From contig JAUCBJ010007295.1 of assembly GCA_032718475.1 (NCBI GenBank), positions 1 through 57,600 of the forward strand: 57,600 bases of DNA, in the 5' to 3' direction. The translations under genes were made by a program, and so were the position numbers. Position 1 is the first letter of the stretch. The number at the start of each line of letters is the position of its first letter. The notes beneath the pieces are model-generated. The model saw only the letters and a list, made by a program, of their open reading frames with translations, ran no database searches and had not been told where the DNA came from. The DNA comes from Nemertoderma westbladi (taxonomy: Eukaryota > Animalia > Xenacoelomorpha). Positions 39,221-50,240 of the stretch are shown here, piece by piece.

Positions 39221-39259
39221 TTAGTGCATGGTTGTCTGGTAACCACTGCCCATATATGC
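39221..39259 (-). CDS. msi: Musashi last coding exon (AYMGSGYQTTMH*); exon probably continues as UTR to a donor after 39133
   Basis: Acceptor ttattttcag; phase 0 matches the previous exon; TAA at 39223-39221; the GY..H end recalls the Musashi C-terminus. Confidence 0.7.
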   Translation of the reverse strand, partial: AYMGSGYQTTMH

Positions 39260-39585
39260 CTGAAAATAAATTATGAAATTAATACAGTAACTTTACATTA
39301 ATTGGTAAGAAATGCTGAACTGTCATGTCACTCTTTTAAAACAAACATTGAAAGCGGAAAATATCCTTGAATTAAAATAAAGAGATTTAACAGTATAATC
39401 ACAGCCACAGGGTCTGGCAGAGTAATAGAAACACTGTAGCAATAACAATATTATTCTAAAATAAAAATCTTGAATATTGTAAATAATGTATAATTTTCTT
39501 TTAATTCTGTTCAATTTAATAATTAATTAAATATTAAAAATTCGGGTAGGTTTAGGAAATTAATAGTATAACCACATTAACATAC

Positions 39586-39752
39586 ATTGAAAGGATGGAG
39601 GTTTGACATGAGTAATGTAATGTCTCCCATTGAGTGCGGGTTTGGGTAGGATGGGCTAGTTGGGGAGAGATCCTGTTGTTGGTTAGACAGACCCATGCGG
39701 ATGGCGGCGGCGTTATTGCTCGCTGACATGTAGGCAGGGTGTACCCCGGGGC
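39586..39752 (-). CDS. msi: Musashi exon (GPGVHPAYMSASNNAAAIRMGLSNQQQDLSPTSPSYPNPHSMGDITLLMSNLHPFN)
   Basis: Acceptor atatttcag, donor aat|gtatgt, phase 1-0, open frame, GC-richer than flanks. Confidence 0.78.
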
Positions 39753-40275
39753 CTGAAATATAAAACATATGAAATTTGGAGACACAAAATATATTATTGG
39801 ATCTGGATACAATTATTAAACAACATTGGCCTAATTTATAGTTATGGTAAATTGGTACACTGTAGCCTACGATAGGTCAAGGCGCATTAGAACCATCAAT
39901 CAATATAATTACTTAGTCTTGAGACTTACTGTAACAACAATTTTTATTTTCGTTTTATTGTTTTGGTTCGAAAATAAATGCCAAGCACTACAACCTGCCC
40001 TTTTCCATTAATTGTCCAAATTAAACAGGATAGACCAAATTTAATTTCCCAGGGACTAATGCGCCAGGACCATTCGCAACCTATCCTTCATTATCCACGA
40101 TTACAATCTGGAATTATTTTCACAATTAAGAAAGGGAAAACCTGAAAAGTGTTGACAGACCAATCAGTACAAATATCATTGACTTCTACGTTTTTGATTG
40201 GTCTGTCCATTGTCCATGCTTTCCGTTTTCAGTTCTTTATCCAAACACCCCAATAGCATAAGGAGGGTAAAGGTA

Positions 40276-42182
40276 TGGGGCGCCGTTTGTGACAAAAGTC
40301 ATTGAAAATTATCGGTCCGAATTCTCGGTCCGAGTTCTCGGTACCAGTAATTTTATTTTAAGAACGAAATTAAAATTAAAAGGGAAATTCAAATTTATAT
40401 TAATTTCATAGCTCATGAATTCATGCCATCATAAATTAATTACAGCAACATTGTAATTGTAAGACCAAGAGCATTAAGACCAATCGTGCCAGTGGAGTAG
40501 ATGGTGTTCCCCCTGAGGTCTTTATAATACCTGAGTGTTTAAAGCTCATCTATCCCATCATAGTAGACATGTACCGAACAACAAGAGTCCCACAAGAAAT
40601 GAAAACAAATAAGTTGGTGCCAGTTCCCAAGAAGGGCAACCTAACACTCTATGGTTCTTTTCGGGTAATCTCATTGATCTCGATTGCTGCAAAGCTATAC
40701 AATAGGATTCTATTAAATCGCATCAGGGATCCCATTGAGAGACTGCTCCGTGGAAATCAGAATGGGTTCCGTAAAGGTCGTGGGACCATGGAGCCCATTT
40801 TGGCACTTAGAAGGATAATTGAAGAATTATCAATAAATTCGACAACATTTGTGTCTACTGTTGACGGTGACACAAAACCATTTGAAGTGTTATGGGGCGT
40901 CCTCCAAGGAGACACACTTGCACCATTCTTGTTCATTATTGTGGTTGACTATGTTCTACGCATGTCCTTAGATCATCATAATGATGATGGGGTGATGATA
41001 ACTCCACCTACTGGCTCCAGAAGTCGAGGAAATCCTGCCAAGTACCTAACTGATCTAGACTTTGCTGATGACTTAGGAGTACTCTCAGAATCATTAGAGG
41101 GAGCCCAACGGCTCCTCATCTCATTAGAACATGCTGCTTCTAGTGTTGGTCTTTTTATTAACTCCAGAAAGACCAAAATTTTGACAGTTAACTTTGAAAG
41201 TCCTCAGCAAGTCTCTGATCGGATGAGCATAAGCTCAAAGGATGGTATGCTTGAGCATGTGGACGACTTCTGTTACCTGGGATCATGGATCCGGAAGTCA
41301 GGTGAGGACCTTCGAATACGTAATGGAAAGGCATGGGCAGCCTTAAATAGGCTTTCCAGGATTTGGAAGTCACCGAGAATTAATCGGAAACTTAAGGTCC
41401 GATTATTTAGAGCAGCAGTAGTTCCAGTACTCCTCTATGGGAGTCCATGCTGGGCTCTAACTGCTGAGGATACCAAATCTCTGGATGGCACATTCACAAG
41501 AATGCTACGCCGGGTTCCCAACCAGACACTATATAACATTGGAGGTGTCTCATTGGTTCCCCCAAGCTTGACACTAGAACAAAATCGCCCCCGCTTTGCA
41601 GGACATTGCTTTCGCCGTGAGGACCAGCCAGTGCATAATCTTGTACTTTGGCAGCCTCATGGAGTGCATAAGCATGGTGGACAGCCCATGACTTTCTTGA
41701 GACGCATCTTAAAGGACACTGGCCTTGAAGATGCGGATGATCTAGCAAATGTCATGGGTGATAGGGAGTTGTGGCGGTGCAATTTTGTTGACAAGCCGGC
41801 ACAGCATTCTTAAAAATGCAGCTGCAGTGCAGCATGCCGATCCCAGTAGTAGTAATTGTAAATTCCCCTATAAACCCCCTATAGGAAAACACCTAGCCGA
41901 ACTTTTAGCTACAACAGTAGATGTGCCTTTTTCTTATATTTGACAGACAGATAGTCGGATAGTAAGAAAGACCGACAGACAGACATACAGACAAACTAGA
42001 TTTCAGTAAAAGTGAAAACTGACCTCAGAAATGAAATAGTGAAATTAAACAAGCTTGGTGTGTGTCTTCAAAATGTGAAAAATGCTAATTTTTTGAAAAA
42101 AATTTGTAAAAAATTACCGGAATTACTTAATTATTTAATTACTTAATTTTACTCAGTGACTTTTGCCATCAACGGCGCCCCA
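40276..42182. mobile_element. MITE with ~30-bp TIRs and TA flanks, interrupted by an RTE LINE
   Basis: ta|tggggcgccgtttgtgacaaaagtcattga versus tcagtgacttttgccatcaacggcgcccca|ta. Confidence 0.7.
40463..41851 (+). mobile_element. 5'-truncated RTE-clade non-LTR retrotransposon (RT fragment, ORF 40569..41813)
   Basis: PVPKKG, QNGFRKGR, GVLQGDTLAPFLF, LDFADDL, FCYLGS, VLLYGS..W and RFAGH motifs; (agt)n tail; gtaattgtaa duplicated at 40453-40462 and 41852-41861. The D...AFD motif is missing, so it is defective. Confidence 0.9.
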
Positions 42183-42451
42183 TAAAAAATTGCTGAGATA
42201 ATATTAGCGTTCAAAAGTGCCGCGTGTGACACGGGAGGCGAAGTTTCAAAACAGCTGTTTCGAAACTGATTTGCCACTGTGGTGAACTTCCGATTATTCA
42301 CCTCACGAAGTGCACTGCAGCAGTGCAGTACTGGTACCTGTGTAGTGTACTGCTGTACAGTGTAACTGCCCTGTACAGCTGTTGAGCTGTCAGGCTGTAG
42401 CTATCATTACCGGTACGTATAAGGTGGATATCACTGTTGCTGTTTCAGGAT

Positions 42452-44005
42452 ATGGCGATGGAGTCGTATGTGTTGGCCTTGGACATCGGTACGTCCTTCA
42501 TCAAAGGGCAAATGGTAGATAAGAATGGTAATTTCGTGGGAAAAAAATGCGAGAGAACGATGGAGCAGAAGACTCCGTTGCCTGGTTACTCAGAATTAGA
42601 CCCGCAGAGATTGTGGGAGTTAGCTGTGGAGGTTGTATTGGATTGTTTGCAGGTTGCAGCCGGTATGGGCGAGGGAGTTGATGTGGTGGCTATGGGTATA
42701 TCTACCCAACGGAACAGCGTAGTAATGTGGAACAGATCCACGGGAAAGTGCTACGGGAACATGCAGACGTGGCAGGACACACGAACCGCAACCATGGTCG
42801 AGGGATGGAACCAATGCTTCACAAAACGCGCATGCAATACGATCGCGTCGCTGGCAAAGTTATTCGTGGATAACCCCGTTGTAAACACATTGAGCGAGTT
42901 TAATTTCAAAACGGAAATGATTTCACCGAGAATCGTACGAATGATAGAACACAACGACAGTCTGCAAAGGGATCTAGAATTAGGTTTAGTTGCCTGGGGG
43001 ACGTTGGATAGTTGGGTTATGTGGAACATGTCAGAGGGACGCCTCCATGTAACTGATTATAGTAACGCCTCCTGCGGGGGACTATTTGACTCTAACGATA
43101 CGGACTGGAGTTGGGCCTTATCCAAATACTTGGGGATCCCAAAGTCGACGTACCCGACGCTAATGGATACCAGCGGGGTTTTGTGTCGGACGCCGGCGAG
43201 TATATTCGGTCGCGAGATCCCGATAGGAGCCGTGGTCGCGGATCAGAGCGCTTCCCAGTTCGCTAGTCGCTGTTTCCAGCCCGGGGACACTAAGTGCACC
43301 ATCGGGACGGGCTTGTTCCTCGACGTTAACACCGGGAGCGAATGCCTCACGACGATGGGGAATATGTACCCGTTGGTCGGCTGGAAGTTGGGCGACGAGT
43401 TGGTTTATCTCGCGGAAGGGAACTCATCCGACGCGGGATCTCTTATCGAGTGGGCGAAACGAGTGGGATTCGTGGCGAGTTACGCTGAACTCAACCAACT
43501 CGCCATGTCCGTCGCCGACACAGACGGGGCCTACTTCGTGCCGAGTTTCAGCGGACTCAACATTCCTATCAACGACTTTAAGGCGTGTGCGGGGTTCCTC
43601 GGTGTCAAGTTCTCCACCTCTCGCGCCCACATGGTCCGCGCGATCGTCGAGTCGATCGCCTTCCGCGCGTCCCAGTTGGTGGAACTGTCGGCGGGGTTGG
43701 CGGTGTCGGGATCCAACGAGATCCTCGTGGACGGCGGCGGTTCGAGGTGCGACTTCCTCGTGCAAGCCATCGCGGATATAACCGGCTGCACCATGGTCCG
43801 CTGCGCCCAGGTCGACATGACCGCTAAAGGTTGCGCGTTTCTAGCGGGATTGGCCGTGGGACTTTGGGACTCCGTTGCGGATTTACCGGCCGAAGATGAT
43901 TCCTTCGAGAAATTCGAACCCGACTCGAGTCAATCAGACTATTACGATGTACAAATAAGTGCGTGGAATCAGGCAATAGTGCGTTGCATGGGTTGGTATT
44001 CCTAG
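42452..44005 (+). CDS. GK5: Glycerol kinase 5-like (FGGY kinase), intronless CDS, nested antisense in a Musashi intron
   Basis: LALDIGTS, GISTQR, TWQDTR, GTLDSW, TDYSNAS, VADQSAS, TIGTGLFLDVNTG, YPLVGWK, FVPSFSGL, ESIAFR, DGG, LAGLAVG and a C-terminal W..A..R.M.WY. The insert after WQD.R and the PLxGW/PSFSGL motifs match GK5 rather than GlpK. An acceptor-like tgtttcag sits 3 nt before ATG 42452. Confidence 0.92.
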   Translation: MAMESYVLALDIGTSFIKGQMVDKNGNFVGKKCERTMEQKTPLPGYSELDPQRLWELAVEVVLDCLQVAAGMGEGVDVVAMGISTQRNSVVMWNRSTGKCYGNMQTWQDTRTATMVEGWNQCFTKRACNTIASLAKLFVDNPVVNTLSEFNFKTEMISPRIVRMIEHNDSLQRDLELGLVAWGTLDSWVMWNMSEGRLHVTDYSNASCGGLFDSNDTDWSWALSKYLGIPKSTYPTLMDTSGVLCRTPASIFGREIPIGAVVADQSASQFASRCFQPGDTKCTIGTGLFLDVNTGSECLTTMGNMYPLVGWKLGDELVYLAEGNSSDAGSLIEWAKRVGFVASYAELNQLAMSVADTDGAYFVPSFSGLNIPINDFKACAGFLGVKFSTSRAHMVRAIVESIAFRASQLVELSAGLAVSGSNEILVDGGGSRCDFLVQAIADITGCTMVRCAQVDMTAKGCAFLAGLAVGLWDSVADLPAEDDSFEKFEPDSSQSDYYDVQISAWNQAIVRCMGWYS

Positions 44006-44542
44006 TCCCAATAGTGCGTTGCATGGGTTGGTATTCCTAGACCCAATAGTGCGTTGCATGGGTTGGTATACCTAGTCCCAATAGTGCGTTGCATGGGTTG
44101 GTATACCTAGTCCCAATAGTGCGTTGCATGGGTTGGTATTCCTAGACCCAATAGTGCGTTGCATGGGTTGGTATACCTAGTCCCAATAGTGCGTTGCATG
44201 GGTTGGTATTCCTAGTCCCAATAGTGCGTTGCATGGGTTGGTATTCCTAGACCCAATAGTGCGTTGCATGGGTTGGTATTCCTAGACCCAATAGTGCGTT
44301 GCATGGGTTGGTATACCTAGTCCCAATAGTGCGTTGCATGGGTTGGTATTCCTAGACCCAATAGTGCGTTGCATGGGTTGGTATACCTAGTCCCAATAGT
44401 GCGTTGCATGGGTTGGTATTCCTAGACCCAATAGTGCGTTGCATGGGTTGGTATACCTAGTCCCAATAGTGCGTTGCATGGGTTGGTATTCCTAGACCCA
44501 ATAGTGCGTTGCATGGGTTGGTATTCCTAGTCCCAATAGTGC
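43974..44542. repeat. Minisatellite, 35-bp unit, about 16 copies, derived from the last 9 codons and stop of GK5
   Basis: caatagtgcgttgcatgggttggtat(t/a)cctag(t/a)cc; the first unit is the end of the CDS. Confidence 0.97.
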
Positions 44543-45312
44543 CGCGATAAATCGACACCGAATATCAAAAAGTTTGGAATATGTATTGCCAATTATGAAA
44601 ACAACCGAATTTTTTGAACATGGTTCTCCTTAACATAATTGAAATCCCAAACATTACTGCAAGCAAAAATTAGTCATGTCCAAGTAATTTGCGTTTTAAA
44701 AAAAATTGTTATTATTAATTAGTTAGGCAATTAGTATAAGTGAAGGAAATTAGACCTTCCCTATCTTTGTTAGGGTTACCGGTATGCTGTTACGTTACCC
44801 TGCCTATTATTTAACGCCCAATAAATTACACTTAGAATGGAATATCCCGGGTGTCCTGCAAAATAATGTGATAAAATGAGCGACGTCGATGGCCATGGCT
44901 CATTATTGTAAAACCCACCCTCGTTATTAATTGTTATTAATAGTTATTAATTGGACATGGGTTTGGGGTTTTATGACTTACCAGATCTGCTAGTTTGAAT
45001 GCAGCTATAAGGACGTGCACCTTTTATCATGGAAACTACTTTTTTCAGTATTCCCACAGTCCCATTATTACAATTTTGACCAAATATTGACATGGCTGGT
45101 TATGGTTGAGGGGTCGAAATAAAACATTATTAAAACTGTATAAGAATCGCTTGATTAGTTGTAGTTAATTATATTTTATTTAATTACAAGCAGTTAATAG
45201 TAAATAAACCTTATCGCTTTGTAGTAAAGGAAGGAACATCAAATTAAATATAAATTGTCTGCTGACCTTCTCAAGAAGATAAAGTCCTACGGAGGGAGTA
45301 GAGTGAAATTAC

Positions 45313-45384
45313 CTACCACCTTACTAACAACTGGGAAGCAGCACCGCAAACTTGCGCCAATCACCTTTCTGCTTGCAGACTCGA
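45313..45384 (-). CDS. msi: Candidate 72-nt (possibly alternative) Musashi exon (VESASRKVIGASLRCCFPVVSKVV)
   Basis: Strong acceptor ttttatgtttcag, donor ag|gtaatt, phase 1-1, stop-free; no recognisable homology. Confidence 0.4.
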
Positions 45385-46329
45385 CTGAAACATAAAACAT
45401 TTCAAGCTTTTGCAGAATAGGCCTTAAAGAATGCCGTGGAATAACTTTAAAATGTTTTAAAGAACTCGTTACATTGAGTCACAGTCAGCGAGTGTGTCGT
45501 GTATTTGGCTCGCGTCTGGTCCGATTGGGCAGGACTACAGTCTACCGATGGGGTTTTTATTACTTAAACTGCTTGTCATTAAATGTAGTGTATTAATTTA
45601 TATTTAATATATAAAAAATATTAATTAGTTAAACTAATAAATACTCGAGGCGGAAAATATGTCAAAACAGGAAAATTTGAGTCTAAAACGAAATCGCGCA
45701 CATTCAATCAGTTAGTAAACTTTGGTATAGGGGGTTTTTATTTTCACAGCAATCTTTTCCCTTATTTATTATCATTCGGTAATAATGCATGTATGAATAT
45801 CGTATGATTGCCGATCTTAACCTGAAATAATTAATTTAACAATTTTATTTTTATAATAATGAAATTCCATGTATAAATATAAATTATTGTTGGTTCTAGA
45901 ACGTTATACAATTAATTATACATTATAACTCCTATAATTTAATTGATCATGTCGCTTAATCTTATTGAGTAACTTAATTTTTAGTTGTGTGGAGTGGAAG
46001 CGGAGATTGAATCTCTTGTAAAAATAACATAATCTAATCCATACAGATTTCTGCCTTCTTTCTGTCTTTGTTTCCGAAACCTACACTAAAGACTTTAATA
46101 TTAATCTGGGTTCATACCTAACAGGAGGGTGTCAAGAATCAAAATAGCATATAGCAGTAAATTTGTAACACCTACTATTTATTATATTATAGTAATGGTA
46201 ATAGTAGTGGTTGTAAATAAATGGAAAGCAATAATTAATATTCAAGGCAATGATTTATCGACCAACTAAAAAAACTTATCATTTATCACTAAATGATAAA
46301 AGGAAAATCACTAAAGGGTCAATAAGCTT

Positions 46330-48245
46330 AAAAGTGGCCAAATAGGGGTACAAATTGACCGAAAAATTTTTGTCGGAAATTAGTGCCATACCATACACCA
46401 TTCGAAAGATAATTTCATGGCGAATCTTGTGATGGTAGAGGGAGAGCATGACGCGCTGCTCAAAGGGAGATATATGGCAAAAACTAATGTCATATCTGTA
46501 GCGTTTTTGTCTACCACTGTAACGCATTACAGTGATGACATTTATGGGACAAACCTCTGTAACGGCCATCTGTAACGGTAATTATGTTATGGATTTTGCA
46601 GTATTTATAACTTATTGCTTCGACAATAAGGTAATTTATTGGACAAACATCTGTAACAAACAGCGATATCAGCCCATAACCATCGCATCCATTAAATTAT
46701 ATGTACTTAATACACATGATTTCAAATAAATAGAAAAAGTTTTTCATTAACATTTTTCTGTGTAACCGATAATCTTGTTTTACACGATTTTTTTTTATCC
46801 CGTTTCGCCGCTTCTGTTATGATCTATTATGATCACAATAATCTGTTATGTTTATGAAATCCCAGGTTGAGTAGCACAACTACCACTTATTGAGTGTAAT
46901 AGTGTCGTATAAAAAAAATAGTAGTAGTATAGTGTACAAGCTTGCCAGCGAGAGCTGGCAATAATGGACGGATCCATTGCTATAAGCATTGTTGTAAGAA
47001 ATTACGCGCCTGCAGGGTGTCTAATCATGAAAAACGAAAAACAAAACATTGGGCAAAGGACCGTCTGTACAATAAATTGTTTGTTAAAAAACCAATGTTT
47101 GTAGGAAATGTATCTTCTACAATTCTAAACGAAATAAAGGCGAAATTTTGTAGAAATCACATTTTATTAATACATAAAATGTATAGGATAGAGATTGTAT
47201 ATATTTGCAATTAATTCCTAAATTATTTACCACCGACCCAGAAGCTCTGGATTTATACAATTTCATATGTGAAGTGAATCTGCGCTTTACTCCCCAGAAT
47301 CCACAATCACCTCTTCCCGGATAGAGATAAACACGAATCCGTGTTTTACTCCCCTTACGGGATCCAGTAACACTTGACAATGAAAATTAGCTTGAATTCG
47401 CATTTTGCACTCATTTCCGGATTACATGAAAATCCGGGTCAGCGTTTTACGGGTACCGATCCGGATCCGCGTTTTACACTTACCCATCTTGCACTACCAC
47501 ATTACTATGAGCAGTTAGGATGTCAGTAGGAAGACGAAGAACGTATCAAACGCGTAGGCACTCAAATATTGTCAGTGATGCCTTATTGTATTTCAGGATG
47601 ACACTCCGTTACAGATAGGACTGTCATATATATATGACTGAAAACCTACAGTCTGTAACGCATCGATAACTGGTTATATAATGCGTTACAGATGAGACAT
47701 CCCTTATCTGTAACGCACTGCACTGTAACGGTGACGCGTTACAGATGGTTGACAAAATCGCTTACCATCACCATACATCATAGGTGTTTATTTATCACAT
47801 TAACTCTTGGGGTTAATGCGGCATGAATTCAAATTGCCTTTCCACACGTACCATTATACTTGTATGAGATTAATATTATCAAAATCTATGGCCACATTTG
47901 TAGCGTTACAGATATGGACGTTTATGCTTTCTATATTGACTTTGTTAAACATAAATGCTTCCCAAATGAGATGACCTTACCCTTTGTATGTGATATTTGG
48001 CCTATATATGTTAGAAACCCTGTAGATTCTAAATATATCAAAACTGAAAACCTACAGTTACTACTTAAGATTCTAGACGTAAATGTTACAGATGTGACAT
48101 AAAAATTGAATAATCCATGCCCATTTTATGTATCGATCTCCAATGGTTCAACATGAATATTATGGCCTGAAATATATCATAAAAGAAAGCAAAACATCTA
48201 AGCTTCCCAACAATATATAGGTTCTCTATATATTTGCCACTTGGA
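46330..48245. mobile_element. Probable non-autonomous DNA transposon with arrays of inverted subterminal motifs (atctgtaac / gttacagat)
   Basis: ctgtaac clusters at 46495-46660 and gttacagat occurs at 47608, 47685, 47738, 47905 and 48085; imperfect ends aagtggccaaata / tatttgccactt. Boundaries are uncertain. Confidence 0.45.
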
Positions 48246-48554
48246 GTGATAAATCACTAAAGTATATTACTTATCAATAATAATGGAAAAGAACAGTTAA
48301 TAGTGGCACGTTATTCTAACCAAAACAATAAACTAAATTCTATAGAACATGTTACATTGATATAGTATATTTTAGTGGAGGAATTAGTATTATAGTGACA
48401 ACAATTTAGTGAAAAAAAAACATTTTTATTTTATTGGAAAAAAGTAAATACTGTATGTTTTAGTAACCAGTCAAATTAATGCGATTAATAACATTGGAAG
48501 CAAAATGCATTAAAAGATTCTGTAAGTCAAATGTGGTGGAGGAATTAGTCCTAC

Positions 48555-48752
48555 CTTCTAAGTTGTAGTCGCCCTCGGTAGACGTAGCAGATGTGGTAGT
48601 CGGTGACGTGTGTTGATTTGGAGCGGTTATCATGTGTCTACCCCCGGACATCCCGTGTCTGTGGGCGTGGGGGTACATCTCGCCCGGGTACATGAGACCC
48701 GAACCGTTCTGGAGGTCGTTGTAGAAGGTTTTTCTCGCGTCCCCATTCAGCG
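48555..48752 (-). CDS. msi: Musashi exon (ALNGDARKTFYNDLQNGSGLMYPGEMYPH...GDYNLE)
   Basis: Acceptor ccgacag, donor ag|gtagga, 198 nt, phase 1-1, within ORF 48460..48762. Confidence 0.78.
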
Positions 48753-49506
48753 CTGTCGGCAAACATCATGTTACGTGTGTTAATAAGAAATCAGGCAATG
48801 CGTTTTTCTACGCAGGTGACCTAATTATTATCGTGGTATTAAGTTAACGCCCAAGAGACATGCACAACTATTAATTGTGGCAACAAATGACCCCGGGGGG
48901 GGGGGGGGGGGGGTGTCACAATTAAAACAATTTGTTAGGCGTCTGCTGTTAGTAATAATTACTTAATACACTGGCTCTAACTATAAAGACTACAAAATAT
49001 CATCTACTGAAAATTTACATGCTTGGGTGATATATATTATCCCAGGTATTTCATGCCTGGGATTCCAAACAGGAGGCCCTGGTTCAATCCTACGACTGAT
49101 CAGCACTGTTTGGGTACATTGCTTTAAATGCTGCAGTGAAACCCATTGCTTTAAAATGCTGTAGTTGTGAAGCCCAACCAGGTTTTAACCTTGAATTGTC
49201 GAGAAATGGGAACCAAGGGAAACTTAGGAAACATAATGTTAAATTTCACTTTGGAAAATCTCCCATGGCGGCTAACAGGCATTTCTTGGTTTAATACCCT
49301 TATAATTCCTCATTAAGTATTTCCCAATGAAAACGGATGGTTCAATGTTCAAATAGAAATAGACACTAAATGGCCACATATTTGTTGCGTGTGACAGACA
49401 GACACCCATTCAACCAATAAATGGACATAGACTCATAAAAAAGCAATCATCGACCGACAGACAAGCACTGCAGTTTCAGTACCGTATACTGTACACAAGT
49501 ACAAAC

Positions 49507-49620
49507 CTTGTATTATATTAATGGCTGGGTGGTATGAGTATGCTGGTTGGCCAGGTTTGTAGAGTAAGGATGCGTATGCATTGAAGAGGGCTGTGTGATC
49601 GTTGCTCCACTGAGGTAGGC
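49507..49620 (-). CDS. msi: Musashi exon (GLPQWSNDHTALFNAYASLLYKPGQPAYSYHPAINIIQ)
   Basis: Acceptor tttagtag, donor ag|gtttgt, 114 nt, phase 1-1, open frame. Confidence 0.75.
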
Positions 49621-49793
49621 CTACTAAACAAAATTAAATGGACTACAATAATGATATCGAAGATGTTTCGGTTATTCAAAAAATTGTACAAATCGAACAA
49701 TCCATCCATAATATATAGAACACAATATTAATTAATCACACACAATAATTGTTATTGCGACAATGGCAACAGTGTAATAATTTATAGACTCAC

Positions 49794-49985
49794 CACCAGT
49801 TGGAAAGCCTAGAGTTGGTCGTGGTTGCGCCATTCGCTGGTTAACTCTTTGATTAGGAACCGGTTGCATCACTTCCTTCGGCTGTGCTTTCTTGGCCTCA
49901 ACCATCTTGTTGTTAATTTCGTGGTAATGGATTTCGCAAACTTTCTCTGCAATGTCTTCGGACTCGTAAGTAACGAAACCGAATC
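49794..49985 (-). CDS. msi: Musashi RRM2 exon ([64 protein letters not shown]); upstream exons lie outside the window
   Basis: Near-identical to MSI1/2 [40 protein letters not shown]; acceptor atttctag, donor tg|gtgagt. Not in the ORF track. Confidence 0.95.
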
Positions 49986-50039
49986 CTAGAAATGGAGATT
50001 CAAATATTATATTGTGTTGACAATTACCTGGTAATCATA

Positions 50040-50240
50040 CAAATATGCTACACTTAAACTCCCCATGAGATGTCCTTTAGTTACCATTTAAGGATGAAAG
50101 GTAGATATGAAACCTTGCTAGTCATTTTAGAGTATTCCTGCCGAAACGAAATCAACCTGGCTCCCCTGCGGTGTCGATCCATATAGCCAGAGATGCGAAT
50201 TAAAGGTTAAAGATAATGGATTAAAACTACTACCCATAGG
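50040..50240 (-). mobile_element. Degenerate copy of the tRNA-derived SINE family
   Basis: gtattcctgccgaaacgaaa, ttaaggatg and actcccca match the 16812 copy in reverse complement. Confidence 0.6.

Noticed and set aside
40569-41813. Active or domesticated reverse transcriptase (retron- or DGR-like)
   Set aside because: It is a 5'-truncated RTE LINE lacking the endonuclease and the first catalytic Asp motif, with a tail and target duplication.
42437-44005. Bacterial glpK acquired by horizontal transfer, or contamination
   Set aside because: Sequence features match animal GK5, a splice acceptor precedes the ATG, and the flanks are host repeats and Musashi exons.
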